DNA of 51,506 bases, counting the filler, from Sphacelaria rigidula (lineage: Eukaryota), in NCBI GenBank assembly GCA_964200075.2. It is 3 parts of 3 records of this genome, joined end to end, with 100 filler letters (N's around TTAATTAATTAA, not from the genome) between each part and the next. Parts side by side here need not be neighbours in the genome. Positions count along the whole stretch, not along the records: positions 1 to 17,105 come from CAXNAA020001168.1; 2 more parts are not named here. One strand, written 5' to 3'. The notes below the pieces were generated by a model that saw only the letters and a program-made list of their open reading frames with translations, had not been told where the DNA came from and searched no databases. Below, one piece after another: positions 1 to 12,479 of the stretch. The translations under genes and the position numbers were made by a program. Position 1 is the first letter of the stretch. Each line of letters begins with the position of its first letter.

Positions 1-78
1 ACCCTGGACAATGGAATACACGGTCGAAAAATGTACGCAGTACATTTTTCGACCGTGTATTATTTTGTGCAAGGTATG
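1..78. mobile_element. Palindromic mini-element of a CACACCCTGG-terminated MITE family (left end cut by the window edge)
   Basis: Perfect 22-bp inverted repeat AATACACGGTCGAAAAATGTAC (15-36) / GTACATTTTTCGACCGTGTATT (40-61) with a 3-nt loop. The start ACCCTGGACAATG matches the ends of the copies at 42055 and 45046. Confidence 0.6.
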
Positions 79-1028
79 GTGTATACTATGCGTCGGAATC
101 TGGCCCGGATCAGGGGAAACTTGTGCCCTAGCCCAATCTGCACGAAGTGCACGTACGTATAGTGACGTACGGTGCGGGAGCACGACGCGTTTGACATTTT
201 TGAGACCGAAGAAGCACACCTAGGGCCGAAGGCCACGAGAGTAGGGCGGCACATACACCGCGCCTAGTAGACAGGGGAGTTCAGTGGATTCAATTCTCAC
301 AATGCCTTGAGCAAAGCTTTTCGAACGCTCCAGATGCCTATCCCATATGACCGCCACACGGTGGTGTAGCTGAGCTTCGGGGTAATCGGTACATGAACCC
401 GTTTGTGGAGTAAGTGTCAGATGAGGTTTCCTCCTTCAAGGGCAAAAAAAAAAGTGACAGCACAGACAATGCCTGCGCTTGCAGTAGCTTCGCTTCGAAG
501 GCGGTTCGTGACTTGCAAGAAGTTTGATCGACTATGAGCAATGCCATGTGGTGATGACCATGCAGATACGATGTAGTAAACTGCTAGATGGAGGCCTGAT
601 GTACGGTGCGGGGGTGCTTTGGCACCATTAGGAGGACGAAAAAAATGGAGTTTTGTACAGGCGAAAAAAAAAAACTTACATTTTCATCCTGGACGGCACC
701 GGACCCCTGTCTTCGGTCCAAGAGTCATTACAGCTCTCAAAACCACAACGGAGGAATACAGAATCCAATGTACCATCCGTGATTACCACCTCTACTGACT
801 CCACCCGCTTACTCATGACCCGGGCTCGTCAACCTGAATCCGCCGACCCCGGGACTGTCATCTTCCAATCCCAGCCCGGACTATGGCCATGCTCCCTTCT
901 CACTGGGCGTGGCACTCAACCCCCTCAGTCTGTAACTTTGTCTTTTGCCGAACCCCTGCATCTGCAAGGCTTACCAACTCCGAATCCAAGTTGCATTCCC
1001 ATGCGCTTCGTACTGTATATACTGAGTG

Positions 1029-1330
1029 AGAAGCTACAACCTACACACCCACTGCCCTCGGTTAGATGGACTGTACTTGTTGTCCAGGAGTCCCTTTTAT
1101 GTTGGTGTCGACGTTTAGATAATCACCAAGCTTCGCTTGTACTGTACTTCACTCTCGAGCTCTTCTGGAGTGTTATAAGCCCTGCCGCTGCAAGGCTCAC
1201 CAACTCCGCGAGTCCATGTCGGGTTTCCATACGCATAGCACACCATACACCGAATAAGAAGCTACAACCCAGGCACCCACTGTCTCCGGTAAGATAAACT
1301 GTACTCGTCGTCGACGAGTCTCGTTTAAAC
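1029..1330. repeat. Diverged direct repeat, period about 228 bp
   Basis: AGAAGCTACAACC...CACCCACTG...CGGT(T/A)AGAT..ACTGTACT occurs at 1029 and again at 1257. Confidence 0.6.
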
Positions 1331-1499
1331 GCATTACGTAATGTCTGTCTGTAGCAGAACAAAAAGTTTTACTATCATCGACCTTGCATGAGCAACTCAA
1401 TCAGCCTCCACATGATGCTGTGGGGAACAATCCCAAGTCGTGGTAGCACAACAGTGGCGTATGTATGACAGAGGGTATCGGCAGTCAAGGCCTGGAAGC

Positions 1500-1613
1500 A
1501 CCTTTGACCCTTCGACCGCTTCGGTAAGTCATCTGCACCACGCAGTATTTTCCCAAGTGAACGTGGGGCCGATTCAACAGAGGACCTACCCCGGCGGTCA
1601 AGGGGTCAAAGGG
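1500..1613. mobile_element. Small MITE with a piggyBac-like end
   Basis: Inverted repeat of about 35 bp: CCTTTGACCCTTCGACCGCTTCGGTAAGTCATCTG / CAGAGGACCTACCCCGGCGGTCAAGGGGTCAAAGGG. The right end GGG is followed by TTAA; the left TTAA is not preserved. Confidence 0.55.
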
Positions 1614-3529
1614 TTAACCTTGCAGTGACAACTGTCGAGCCCCAAATTTGCGGTTGCGGTCCGTTTGAAATCTCTTTCTAGTATGCAAATAAGTGTAAGG
1701 CATAGGAACTCATACTCCGTGAATCATTTGTATCTGGTTTCATCATCAAAACGGCGTAAAACCGCGTGGTTACATGTTGGTGTGGCACTATACTGTATGA
1801 ACTATACTGTCATGTGTACTGAATCGACTCTATTGCAGCCTGTTGTTTTGATTGCAGCACGCCGTTTTCATAGGAAGCAACGCACACTGTCCTACAAGGA
1901 CAAGACTAAAAGCGGCGTATGGCACCTGCTGTGATTCACAGAAAAAAGTGTTCGATATCTGAGTGCGAACCATTGTTGTGCCATAGGTCATATCGACTAC
2001 GAACGCGTGCGCTCTGTTTGCTGTGCAAACCTGATCACAGGAGAGCTTACGGTTGGGCTACGTTCATCTCTCAGGCTCCTTATTTGCACCAAATTACATT
2101 TTCCGTTGTTTTGCATTGGAACAGCACACCGGAGGTCAATTCTAAAACCCATACAATCCTTGACGTGCCCTGCGCGAAGCTGCCCGCCTTTCGACACATG
2201 GACACCCAACAAGTACGTCCAGTTTTGGAGAGATGCAACGGTGCCTTGTGTCGGCATAAACTTACTGCTGTGTTCGGCCACGCCCGAGGTTTGTTTTCGT
2301 GGTGCAATTTCGAGCCATGCGTGAAAATGGCGTCTTCAAGAAATGCAAAATTGATTTGTCTCGATTTTTGCTCGAACGCCCCGGGCAACGGCTGGGTCCT
2401 TCACAGTAACTCGGGCGTATGAATGTATTGATGATACAAGTTCGGGTGCACTTCTTGCTGTCCCAGGCGAACGGATCTCTGTCAAAAGTTGCCATTCTAA
2501 TGTACATGTAATCGTTGTCGACGCTTGTCGAAACAAGCATTCCCCTCCGAGTAGGGGGCAGGTGAACATCCGTGTAAACTATAAATAATGAGGACTGTTT
2601 CTTCTATTCCTTGTTACATTCCATATATTTCTCAAACACGCCCGCCGTGCGCACAACCATGCTGCTTCATCGCAGAGTAGTATGACCGTATGGTACTATA
2701 TTGCACTCGCATTGTATTCACAGTCAGTGCTGCCCTGATTGCCGAAAGGTCGTGCGGTTTCCTGTACTGTACACTAGCCCAGTACTACAGTTCAGTACTG
2801 CGGCAAGGTACAGCACTGATAGTTTTACTGTTCCTCGGGTGTACTGTGTACTGAGCGACACCCCAATTGAGATAATGGCCCTCAAAGAACAGCTTCATTC
2901 AATCAGATCTATACAACCACACTGGGCCCCCTACAGTTCAAGGATTTGTCCCCATAAAAACCGGTCGAAACGATAGAAGTACAAACTTTCTTTCATGGAG
3001 TATGACGAGTGTAGCAGTCGATGTTCATTGCCCACGATTGAGCAAGCGGGCTGGAGGTTATGGGGGCCTGATTGCGAATAAATCCACAGCACCGTGCCCG
3101 TAAGTTACGGCTTGTTAGACCTTGGTAAAATACCACATATCACAGTGTATTTCCTTTTCGATAATATGGAGGCTCTAGTCCCGGTGATGTGTACGTTCTA
3201 CAAGCTGAAATCATGTTCCGCAGTCCCAATTATCTCGAGCTCAGACAGGAGGTCATCGTGAGAAGAGGGTTGGGCACTATTAGCTTCAACAGCTCGCTTC
3301 ACGGGCGATGTTCCACATGGGAGAAAGCTGCACGGCGCACGAGATTCGTCACAGCATATGTCGCAAGCGAATTTTGGTGAAAAGATGCCTGTATCCGCTA
3401 GAACAAGGCGAAGGTGGCGCAGGGCTCTCTAGATGCGGGCCCCACCCTGTGCGCATCGATCTTGAAACACACATCCTTGTACATAGAATATGATGCTTGC
3501 TGCTGTGTTCAACACTGCGTAGGGGGCGG

Positions 3530-3760
3530 GTATCTGCTTCGTGACAATCCGTGATTTCTCCCACTGGCGGATATTCGCTCCGCTCCGTACCATATTCGAA
3601 AAATCCGCCCCGCACCGTGACATTTTCAGAAAAATCGCTCCGCTCCGTATAGATTACAGCTGCACGGTTGGAACCGTGAAACGCGGTTTTCTACGGTGCG
3701 GTTTTATCCACTCCGTAGGTAATCCGTGCGTCCTCCGTGGCATAAATTACGGATCGGACC
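3530..3760. repeat. Subterminal-type array of CGGATA/CGCTCCG motifs, related to 4700-5088
   Basis: AATCCGTGATTTCTCCCACTGGCGGATATTCGCTCCGC matches AATCCGTGAGTTTTCCCACTGACGGATATCCGCTCCGC near 4900. Confidence 0.55.
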
Positions 3761-3776
3761 GCTCAGACACGGGTTT

Positions 3777-4150
3777 CCACGGACGCATTTGTTCTGAATG
3801 CCGGATAACTTATGATTTGAAGCATTAAAATATCGTTCTCGATAATAAGCAATTCGCCGATACGGTTCTGAAAGTCTCACTCCGTGCTCCGTCCGTGCGT
3901 TCTACGTAGCATATTTTAGATCAAACCGCTGAAAAGCCTCGAAATTCCACGGACGAAATTGTCCTGAATGCCGGATAACTTAGAAATCGAATTAAAAAAA
4001 AAGTCGTTCTGTATAACCAATTCGTCGATACGGTTCTGAAATCGTGCTCCGTACTTCATCCGTGCGTTCTTCGTAGCATCACTCAGATCAAACCAGCCAC
4101 AAAATCCTACGGATAAATTGTTCCGAATGCCGGGTAAGTCGGAAATCGAA
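3777..4150. repeat. Tandem repeat, about 160-170 bp unit, about 2.3 copies
   Basis: Unit starts at 3777, 3947 and 4107 (C(C/T)ACGGA...TTGT.C.GAATGCCGG.TAA). The first two copies share GATACGGTTCTGAAA and AGATCAAACC. Confidence 0.85.
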
Positions 4151-4699
4151 GTACAAAAATACTCAAGGGTCAGACCCTGGGGCTGGGCAGTCTCAGGACC
4201 CCCGAAAACCAGTCAGCCCGCAAGTCGTTCAATGATGAGCGCAGATGTGATCTTATCTTATTTTGGAATGTGGAGGGGATGCCTGGTAAATCCCCAAACT
4301 TTGGGGTCAAATGTCCACTGGGACAAGCGGTGGCATGCGAAAACATTTTCCTTCGAATATCCCCGACTACAAGAACACTACGAAAATCTCCCTTTTCAGT
4401 TGAAAGCTACTGTGCTGCTATTGACATCATTCTTGAGGAATGTATTCCATGCTTTTTCTTGTGGTGGATAGCCTTCGTCCTGGGTCAAGCGCTGCTGCTG
4501 TTGCGCGTCTGCCACCCCGCCCCCCGTCACCCTGTCCTGTAGGGTGACATTCAAAATCAAATATGTACCGTTCATTATTCTCAATTGGTTCTTTATTTTT
4601 TTCTCCAGGGACTCGACCTTACATGTGCGCTATTTAATCCGCCGTCCCCCCTATCCAGCAGCTGGACGTCAAAGCAAAACAACTCCTTTCGTACTTTTT

Positions 4700-5088
4700 G
4701 GGATTTATCCGCGGATATTCATACATTTTTCGCGGATAACCGTATCGTTTTCATGGATTACTGCGACGGTGCACCGCGGGGAATTGCCGCGGTTTGTTCC
4801 ACGGAGGGGAGCAAACCGCTCCGTGAAAAAATCAATGCCACGGATATCCGCCCCTCAATAATACGTGCATTTGTAGCCGGCGGATATCCGCTCCGTGAAA
4901 ATCCGTGAGTTTTCCCACTGACGGATATCCGCTCCGCAATAATCCGTGACATTTTCATTGGCGGATATCCGCCCCGTCATAATCCGTAATTTTCCACACA
5001 GACGGATATCCGCTCTGGTCCGCTCCGTGAGGTTTCGAAAAAACAAAATCCGCACCGCGGAGCGGATTGTCCTCCGTACACATCCCTG
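4700..5088. mobile_element. Right end of a probable non-autonomous hAT-like element with subterminal repeats
   Basis: Many CGGATATCCGC(T/C)CCG copies, ending in CCGTACACATCCCTG (reverse complement CAGGGATG..., typical of hAT termini). The partner end was not identified. Confidence 0.45.
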
Positions 5089-8000
5089 CAAAATACACTC
5101 TGATGAGAATGCAGAGCGTATTATAGGAATAAAGAACAAAGAACAAACCTGAAAAGCACGGAACGTTTTGGAAGCGGCGAGATTACGAAGAGCAACCTTG
5201 CAAACAGAATCACCAAGAACCCAGAACCACCGGGCAGAACCTCCGCTTCCTGCTGCTACCTGCTGCCGTTGCAGAGCGGACCGGCGACCAGCGGAACGCT
5301 GTTACAGCACGTACAGCTCTGCAGATCACAAGCTGTAGACTGCAGCCTGCAGACCGCGAACTATTTAAATAGTCTGCTACATACCTGGTACTACTTTCCA
5401 AGTACTGCTTCGAAGTACGAAGTAATTAATTTTTGAACTATTTTACTCGAAGAATTCAATGGGGCATTTTTCATACATACTTCGAAGTACTGCATATAAA
5501 TACTTCCAACGTCTGTTCAAGCTGTCTATTTGCACGTTAAAAACACCTATATTTTGGGCAAATTTACCGAGTTGTTGTAAAGGAAAAGCCAACAAAAAAA
5601 CGCTCCGCGCGCCGCTTCGGCGGGGGCCTCATGTGGACAAACGCAAGCGCAGAACCAGACGCCCAAACGTTTCTAACGCTGATCTGTAGGGGGACACTCT
5701 GTGAAAAATGACAAAGTGTACAAAAACGATTTACATATCGCCTCATGCGCGCTGTCGGCGCTACGAAGCGTTGAAACGTCGACCACATGTCATGTGAACC
5801 ACATTCAACAAGCTCATGTCGCTGAACTTGGGGTTGCGCGTTGCAGCAGTGCCCAACGGGGTGAGAGGAGGTCAGATTTTATTTAAAAAAAAAAACGTAC
5901 TTTTTCATTTCGGCGCAAGACTGCTCCGTCGCAGGGCCACAGACCCACTTTTATGGCAGGCACGAACCTCGATTTTTTCAAAATCGGGCGGGCAAAAAAT
6001 TGGGGAACGCATTGTATGGACGCGAACTCCGACCAAACTGGGAGCGAAAAGATTGGGGGGTCATGATCCCGGAACGGTTTCCTCCGATTTTTTTTAGGTA
6101 ACGTACGTGCAGTGACGTACAATGCTGGAGTACGAGGCGTTCGATATTTTTGCAACCGCAGCAGAAGACAGTCTCGTGACAGCACAGGGCGTGCCTACTG
6201 CCCGCCCCAGCTGCTGAAGCAACTTCGCACGGGATTTGATAAGCGGATAATAAGTGCCGACGCCGTACCCTGCGGCGATAGTAATACTTTATGCTGCGCT
6301 GCGCTGCCATATGTATCACTATAACGAACGCTGTTGTACACTCCTAGCTGTTGTTGCTGTACTTGAGGGGTGATGTACGGTACTGCACTACTGAACTCTG
6401 CTCGCGCAGTGTTTGTTTTCTGTCCTCGCAATACCGGCTGTGCCATCATGTACAACCACACGGCATTATCATGTACAGTAGCGGCTACGGTTCAAGAGAG
6501 GGCCGGGACAAGCCAATTTCTCTCTTAAATCCGGCTTTCTCTTATACCGTAGACAATACGAAAGACCGTCAGAGATGGAGGCTCTCATCCCAACTACATG
6601 CCGTAAAAGAGGTCAAGGAGGGTGTATCATTCATGTCAGGTAAGGCAGCAAGCGTTAGCACCTTGGGCTACCTCCAAACACCGCTCATTCTCTTGGTTGG
6701 CAAGCACGTGGACCCAAATACAGCACGTGATACGCTCTTGGTACACCTGCGTTGGAAAAACAAATGGTGTCGCGATACAAATTTTGCACGTGGACACGTG
6801 AACTCGGTTGTTGAGTTGTTATAGCTGTACTTCATGCCCGCACCTCTTCTTGTAGGAGGACAACATGAGGCTACGGACGCACCACATCCCAAGGGAAAAC
6901 GCACCCACTCAGCCACTAAACCACTCCTACCCCGCCCTCCCCTGCATACAACACCCACAATCCCTCATGCCATCCATTTCAATCCCACGACAAAAACCCG
7001 AGTCAACGAAATAAACGAGCTTCCCATCACGAAAACATCGCCCGCGCTACAAATCAACACAAAGCGCAGAAAACCAATGTACCCCGAACGGCCTGTCAGC
7101 CTCAACACCATCTCTGCTGTAACCGTCACAGAAAGTCTCTCATGCACGTCTGCTTGGGTTCCCTCGACCCGTACGCACTGCCCGCTGCGCAGGGCATGGT
7201 GTCTGCAGCGGTGTGTGTGTGTGTGGATTGATGTGTGTGATGCCCGCGTGGTTTCCAGAAGGTTCGATTCAAGAGAAAATATCGGAAATAGGAGGGATTC
7301 TCTCATAAACCGATTTCGGTCGGGACCAGCCAGTTTCATTCTCGTAAATCCGTACTTTCTCTTGAATAAGTTTTCTTAAACCGTAGCCGCTACTGCACTG
7401 TACTGACGTAGTGTCCCGCACTGTATTACCCCAGGATGCCAAGGTACGACACTGTTGTACTAGAAGGATTGTTCACCGCCTGCCTGCTCTCCGGCTTCAT
7501 GCACGACTATGAAGACCACACTCATGCAGAAAATGACCGTCTGTGTACAGAACCGTCTTACAAATCTGTGATACTACAGCGTACTTTCTGTGCCATAAAA
7601 CGGTCCCCCGATTTTGAGTCCCCCACGAATTTGAGTCCCCCCGTTTTTTTCAAAATCGGGGTCCCAAAAAAATCGAGATCCGTTGCGATCAAAGTGGGTC
7701 TCAGGTCTCAGGTCGGAAGACCTTTTTATTGATTGTCCCACATGAACTGATTATTCATCCACGAGAGATCCAGCCGTGTATTTGAACGGGACAAAACAAG
7801 GCAGTGGAAGCAGACTGCAATCTACATATCTAACGATCCAAGCGCTGAACAGGAATTCTCACGCACGAGCTCTCCAGGAGCGAGACGCTCACTACAAAAT
7901 TAAAAATACAGACAGAATTCCTATTCGAGGGACAGGTCAAGGACAACCAGGGTTCGAGTGATGTCATGATAGCCCCCCCAGGGAAGTGGATGAGAAGGCA

Positions 8001-8304
8001 AAATCTGCATGCGAATCAAAAGACAAAATTCGAGCATACCGAGCAGCTAGGAACTCCCACGCTTGGGACGGTTTTCGCGTATTTCGCTCATACGAGGCGT
8101 TTCATGTTTTGAAATCTATCTACTGCACTCGTATCATGCGCTGTATGCCCGTTTTCTTGGTGACAGTGTCGGGGCTGGTTGGGGGGGGGCGGCTACTGTA
8201 TCGCGGAATCGCTCCTTAGTTTGATGTTTCCACCATTTCTACTCGAGTTGTATGCATTCTATCTCATCTGTAGGGTTCATCATTTCCAATACCTTTATCT
8301 CACC

Positions 8305-8629
8305 TGTTACGGAGCTATCACAGCGACAACCAACGACAGACACAGCCCGGCTGACAGTCACAGGACAGACCGAAAGAGTCCAACAACGGAAGAGGACACA
8401 GAAGCGTCCTTGAGTCATCTTCCATTGGACGAATCGATTGCTTCCTGTGTGAGAAATCATGGCAGTGTCACGTTCCCCACCACGACCCCAAAATGAAGAT
8501 GCAACGGAGTCAAAGAAGCGGACAGAGGGTAAGATCACAACGAGAGTGATACAAAGCTGTAGTAATCGCTAAATGTACGTTCTCACTGAAGTCTAGCTCA
8601 ATTGCACATCGTACAACGTACAGTTAACA
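8305..8629. mobile_element. Possible solo LTR
   Basis: Begins TGTTA and ends TAACA. The flanks CACC/AACC are only a partial target-site duplication. Confidence 0.3.
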
Positions 8630-9340
8630 AACCAGCGATGGATACCCCTGGAAAAAGGTGGTACTGTTTGTGTACAAACGAAAAAGTCATTTTCCAACGT
8701 ACCCGCCTAACAGACTGTAGGAGATTACTGACTACTGACGAATGTCACCGATCCGAAACTCTATAGGCAGATACAACCAGCTGCTAGCCGTCATTCACGA
8801 TCAGTAGTGCTCCAATTGACTGTCGATGTAGTACAATATATGCAGGAAATGATCCTGACTTTACTTTGATGTTTTGATTAACCACAAGGGTCCGCGTCGC
8901 CATAAACTGGAGAAATGGTAGGCATGCGTCTAAGCTACATAGAGCAACTTGATTTGTCTCTGCAGCTGCCAGGTGTATCGAGATATTGTCATCTCGGCGG
9001 GGGGTGTTCGAACAGAGATGCGGCGTAAAAGCCCATTAGGTCGCAGATGGTATCCTTATTGAGCAGCCAGTAGTTGCGCCGCGTTCGGTCGGTTTTGAGT
9101 CATGCCTCGAATCTTTCTCATTCAGGTGCTATAATACTGAGGCTGGGGGCTACGCCAGATCAAGATTATGGGCAGGATATTCCTATTTTCAATTTCAATT
9201 AGGATATCTTGAGCCCACTGGAATGCTAGTCGCGGCGTGCTCTCGCATATTTCCACACCTTGGGCAATATATATGGCCAGAAGTACAGTAGCAACAGACA
9301 ACAACATGCACTGCATAAATTAGTTACAGGCCCATGCAAA

Positions 9341-9537
9341 GCCGGTCGCCCCGGTGGCTCAGTTGGTAAACCTCGAAACCTTCTGACGGTTGGGTCGTGG
9401 GTTCAAGTCTTGGAGCGATCTGGGATTTTTTCTCACGCCACGCTCGACAGTGGAGAGCGACTATATCGCGGGTACACCAAATTCGACGTGACGGTCGACG
9501 AGGGAAAGGGACTGCTGAGCCTCTCTTGCGACAAAAA
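9341..9537 (+). mobile_element. tRNA-derived SINE
   Basis: Pol III A box TGGCTCAGTTGG and B box GGGTTCAAGTC at tRNA-like spacing, then a body of about 120 nt ending in an A run. No complete cloverleaf. Confidence 0.75.
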
Positions 9538-10849
9538 GTAAAGGCAAGCACCGCAGAAGGAATGTGGAGGATCAAAACAAACCAAAAAGAAAAACTCCTG
9601 TGTTGACCTTCCTCTTGTGTAACCCCGGCTGGTGCGCCCATATATACCAAAAGGTGTAGATCGTCCAGAATAGACGGGACGACAACACACAACACACAAC
9701 TACTGACCATATATTGTCCAGGGTGTGCACACTTCATAAGTCTTTTCTTGGATGAAATAGAGGGCTCCAACATTTCGAACCTCAGAAAATATTTGTGCAC
9801 CCCTACCGTAACACCCCTCTTCTTGTAGTCTTGGGAGTATTTTCTCATGCTGTAATATGTGCAACAATCAACATTGCCCGCCAGTAGGAACGACGTTACA
9901 AACATGTGCATGCCGTGGTCATTGGGGTGGCGCTTGAGGCGTGCTTACGGAATCGTGGCGCAAGGTACAACGCACACACGCGCTCGTTGTGCCGACTAGT
10001 TGCGTCGTCAGCGAGATCGTAATCTCTCCAACCCAAAAGGGTGAAACCGCGGAAATGGCGCTGGCGTGTGCTTCGAAGGACAGGTGGTTACTTCGACCGT
10101 TTCGTTCGGTGCAAGCGAGATTTCGGTGGAAAGCGCGTCAAGGAGAGAGAGAAGAACACCATCCGACGTTGTTCCTCCAGCGTTCAACACGTCGGTCACA
10201 GGAACGAATTCGAGCAGTTTGCTCGATATGCACAACGCCATCGACACGACCTACCGACCGGAGTCGATGCGCGTGCGGTGGTCGTGCTGCTCAGTATTCC
10301 AAAACCTCAAGTTCAAGACCATGGTTTGCTTCTGATTTGTGCTTTGCGTCGATACACTCGCCCGAATAGTATCAATATTTATCCTCACGCACAACCGGCG
10401 ATTCGCCCAAGGACGTCGCCAAACTACCCACCATAAACCCGCGCACCCAAGGCGCACCGCACCAAGCACTACACACCTTCAGCATTCACGCGACGCACGG
10501 TTATGACTTCCTACCGGAGAAGGCAATCATTGGGGTTACGTATATGTGGGTGCAACGCACTCGTATCTACAGGAAGCATGTCTCCAAAGTACCCAACGGG
10601 TTAAATCAAAACGCGAAATCATCCTCATGGTCGTTGTTCGTTTCCGATGCCGAGTCCTCTCTCTCTCTCCGAGCTGCACTCGGAATCTGAATCTCCAATC
10701 CGGATCCTGGCTGAAATTTTCGACCGGCGGTTGATGGGTCCATCTGACTCGCCATCGCGCAACAATTGCGATTGGTCGGATCTGTTCCCGGATCCGACCC
10801 GCCTCCCATCACCCTCCCGCCGTCGCGCAAGCAGGACTCCCCAGCGTGA

Positions 10850-12200
10850 CTCCTATTAACAGCTGCGCCCGACGCCTTCCTCGCTCCATTCGTCTCCTCC
10901 TCTCCACGTTACATCGCTGACTCGCCCCCTCCATGGTTCGCCGTTGATCCGCCTCTCCCATAATGAGATCAGTGGCGTGCACCGACATTTCCTCCAGCGA
11001 TAGCACTGGTGAGAGGCGCGCCGATCGCTGGGGAAGGGGGTGAGGGCAAGAAGCAGTGGCCCTGGTAACCGCAGCTCAACGTGCAGTTCCTTGAACACCT
11101 ACAGTTTCGGCACCGGTGACCTTGTTGCGTCGTCTTTCCCGGCTTGTATAAACACCTGAGGATTCGCGTGTTCCCGCATGTACCAACTACGTGTGGCTTG
11201 ACAAGTAAACAACTACGTTGTCCCGTGTAAGCTCCACTACCCCTCTGCTCGCCGGTCTCTTACCACCTCTGGGGTTAGTCTAATTTTCCGGCTCGACGCC
11301 CCATCCGCGCCGTTGAAGTCCCTCATGGGCATGCCACAACGGGGTTCGGAGACGGAGGGCTTTGCGGCCGACTTGACTGCTGACCCGCGCCGACACCCTC
11401 CGTCGCCCCCGCACCGCCTGGTGTTGTTATGGTGGCGGAGGGCGCCACCGGTCCGACGCCAAGTGGAGGCACTGCCATACTCTCCTTCCGCACAGGCGAT
11501 GCCGCGGCGGCGCCCGCAGTTTGTGCTCTACGGGCGGCGTTCGGCGGCATGCATGGTGTTGTCGCCGCGCCCGGTGCTCGTAGTGATTTTGCCGCGGGGT
11601 CCGATGCTGCTACTGTGGCGGTGCCCGGTGCTTCAGCGGCAGCACTCGCCGCGGCTTTGGCGTTGGTGACGTCCATACTGGCGTCATGCTCGGAGAAATA
11701 CATGGCGACGATTTTACCCCCCCGTATTGCTTCCAAGAACACGGTGATGGTAGGTGTGCCATCCGATGTGGTTGCTAGCCTCCGCATCTTTTCTTCCATC
11801 CATACCAAGTGCCTCTGCGACATGCTCTACCCCCGCCCCCCCAATATCGGTTCATAGCTGCCTTCGCCATGTGGTACAAAAGGTGCCAGTCACTCACGTT
11901 ATTCTGAGCCAATGGATGAGGCTAGATTTATTCCGGGTGAGGTTGTACATGAACCGGAACGTCTCCTCGTCGCCAGCAACCAGACGTGTCACCGCTGCGC
12001 TCCTACCATCCAGGTAGCGTATGTCAGCAAGTCGGTCAATAACGGCCTCTGAGTCGGACCAACTGTTGATCTTGCCCCACCTGCATGAAGAGGTACTTGA
12101 GCACCTGCAGCTCCCTCTGCATCACAGGAATTGCCTCGTGGGGGAATTCGACCACGAGACCGAACGAGGGCTGGTGATAAAGAAGTTACACACCGCTGTG
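10850..12200 (-). pseudogene. Frameshifted remnant of a long ORF of unknown function (probably transposon-borne)
   Basis: Protein-like segments chain across frames: VEFPHEAIPVMQRELQVLKYLF / GKINSWSDSEAVIDRLADIRYLDG..FRFMYNLTRNK / SDWHLLYHMAKAAMNRYW / MSQRHLVWMEEKMRRL.., followed by an Ala/Pro-rich linker. Confidence 0.5.
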
Positions 12201-12479
12201 CATTTTTTCCCCTCACGCTTCCAATCCCTACCCTTTTGTGGGGTGGGAATGTGGTCTCAACGGACCATCCCATATCTCCCCCTGTACACGACCTTCATTC
12301 TGGCGTCAAAAGTGGGAAAAACACTCCTGTATTCACCGTGATGTTTTCACAGGGTATTTTCCTGCTACTCGCTACCTCGTGTTTTTCACGACGGAGATCA
12401 AGGACTGATGAAGCGAGACACAAACCGCGTCTGTTGGGATATCGAACCCTCACCGTTTCGAACTAGTTGGTGCCAGTCA

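Noticed and set aside
270..3500. Coding-like fragments (for example KLSYTTVWR near 350-380 minus strand; 2000-2570; 2950-3490)
   Set aside because: Possibly decayed transposase pieces, but too degenerate to assign.
9341..9430. tRNA gene
   Set aside because: A and B boxes are present, but there is no acceptor stem or proper anticodon arm, and the sequence continues into a SINE-like body.
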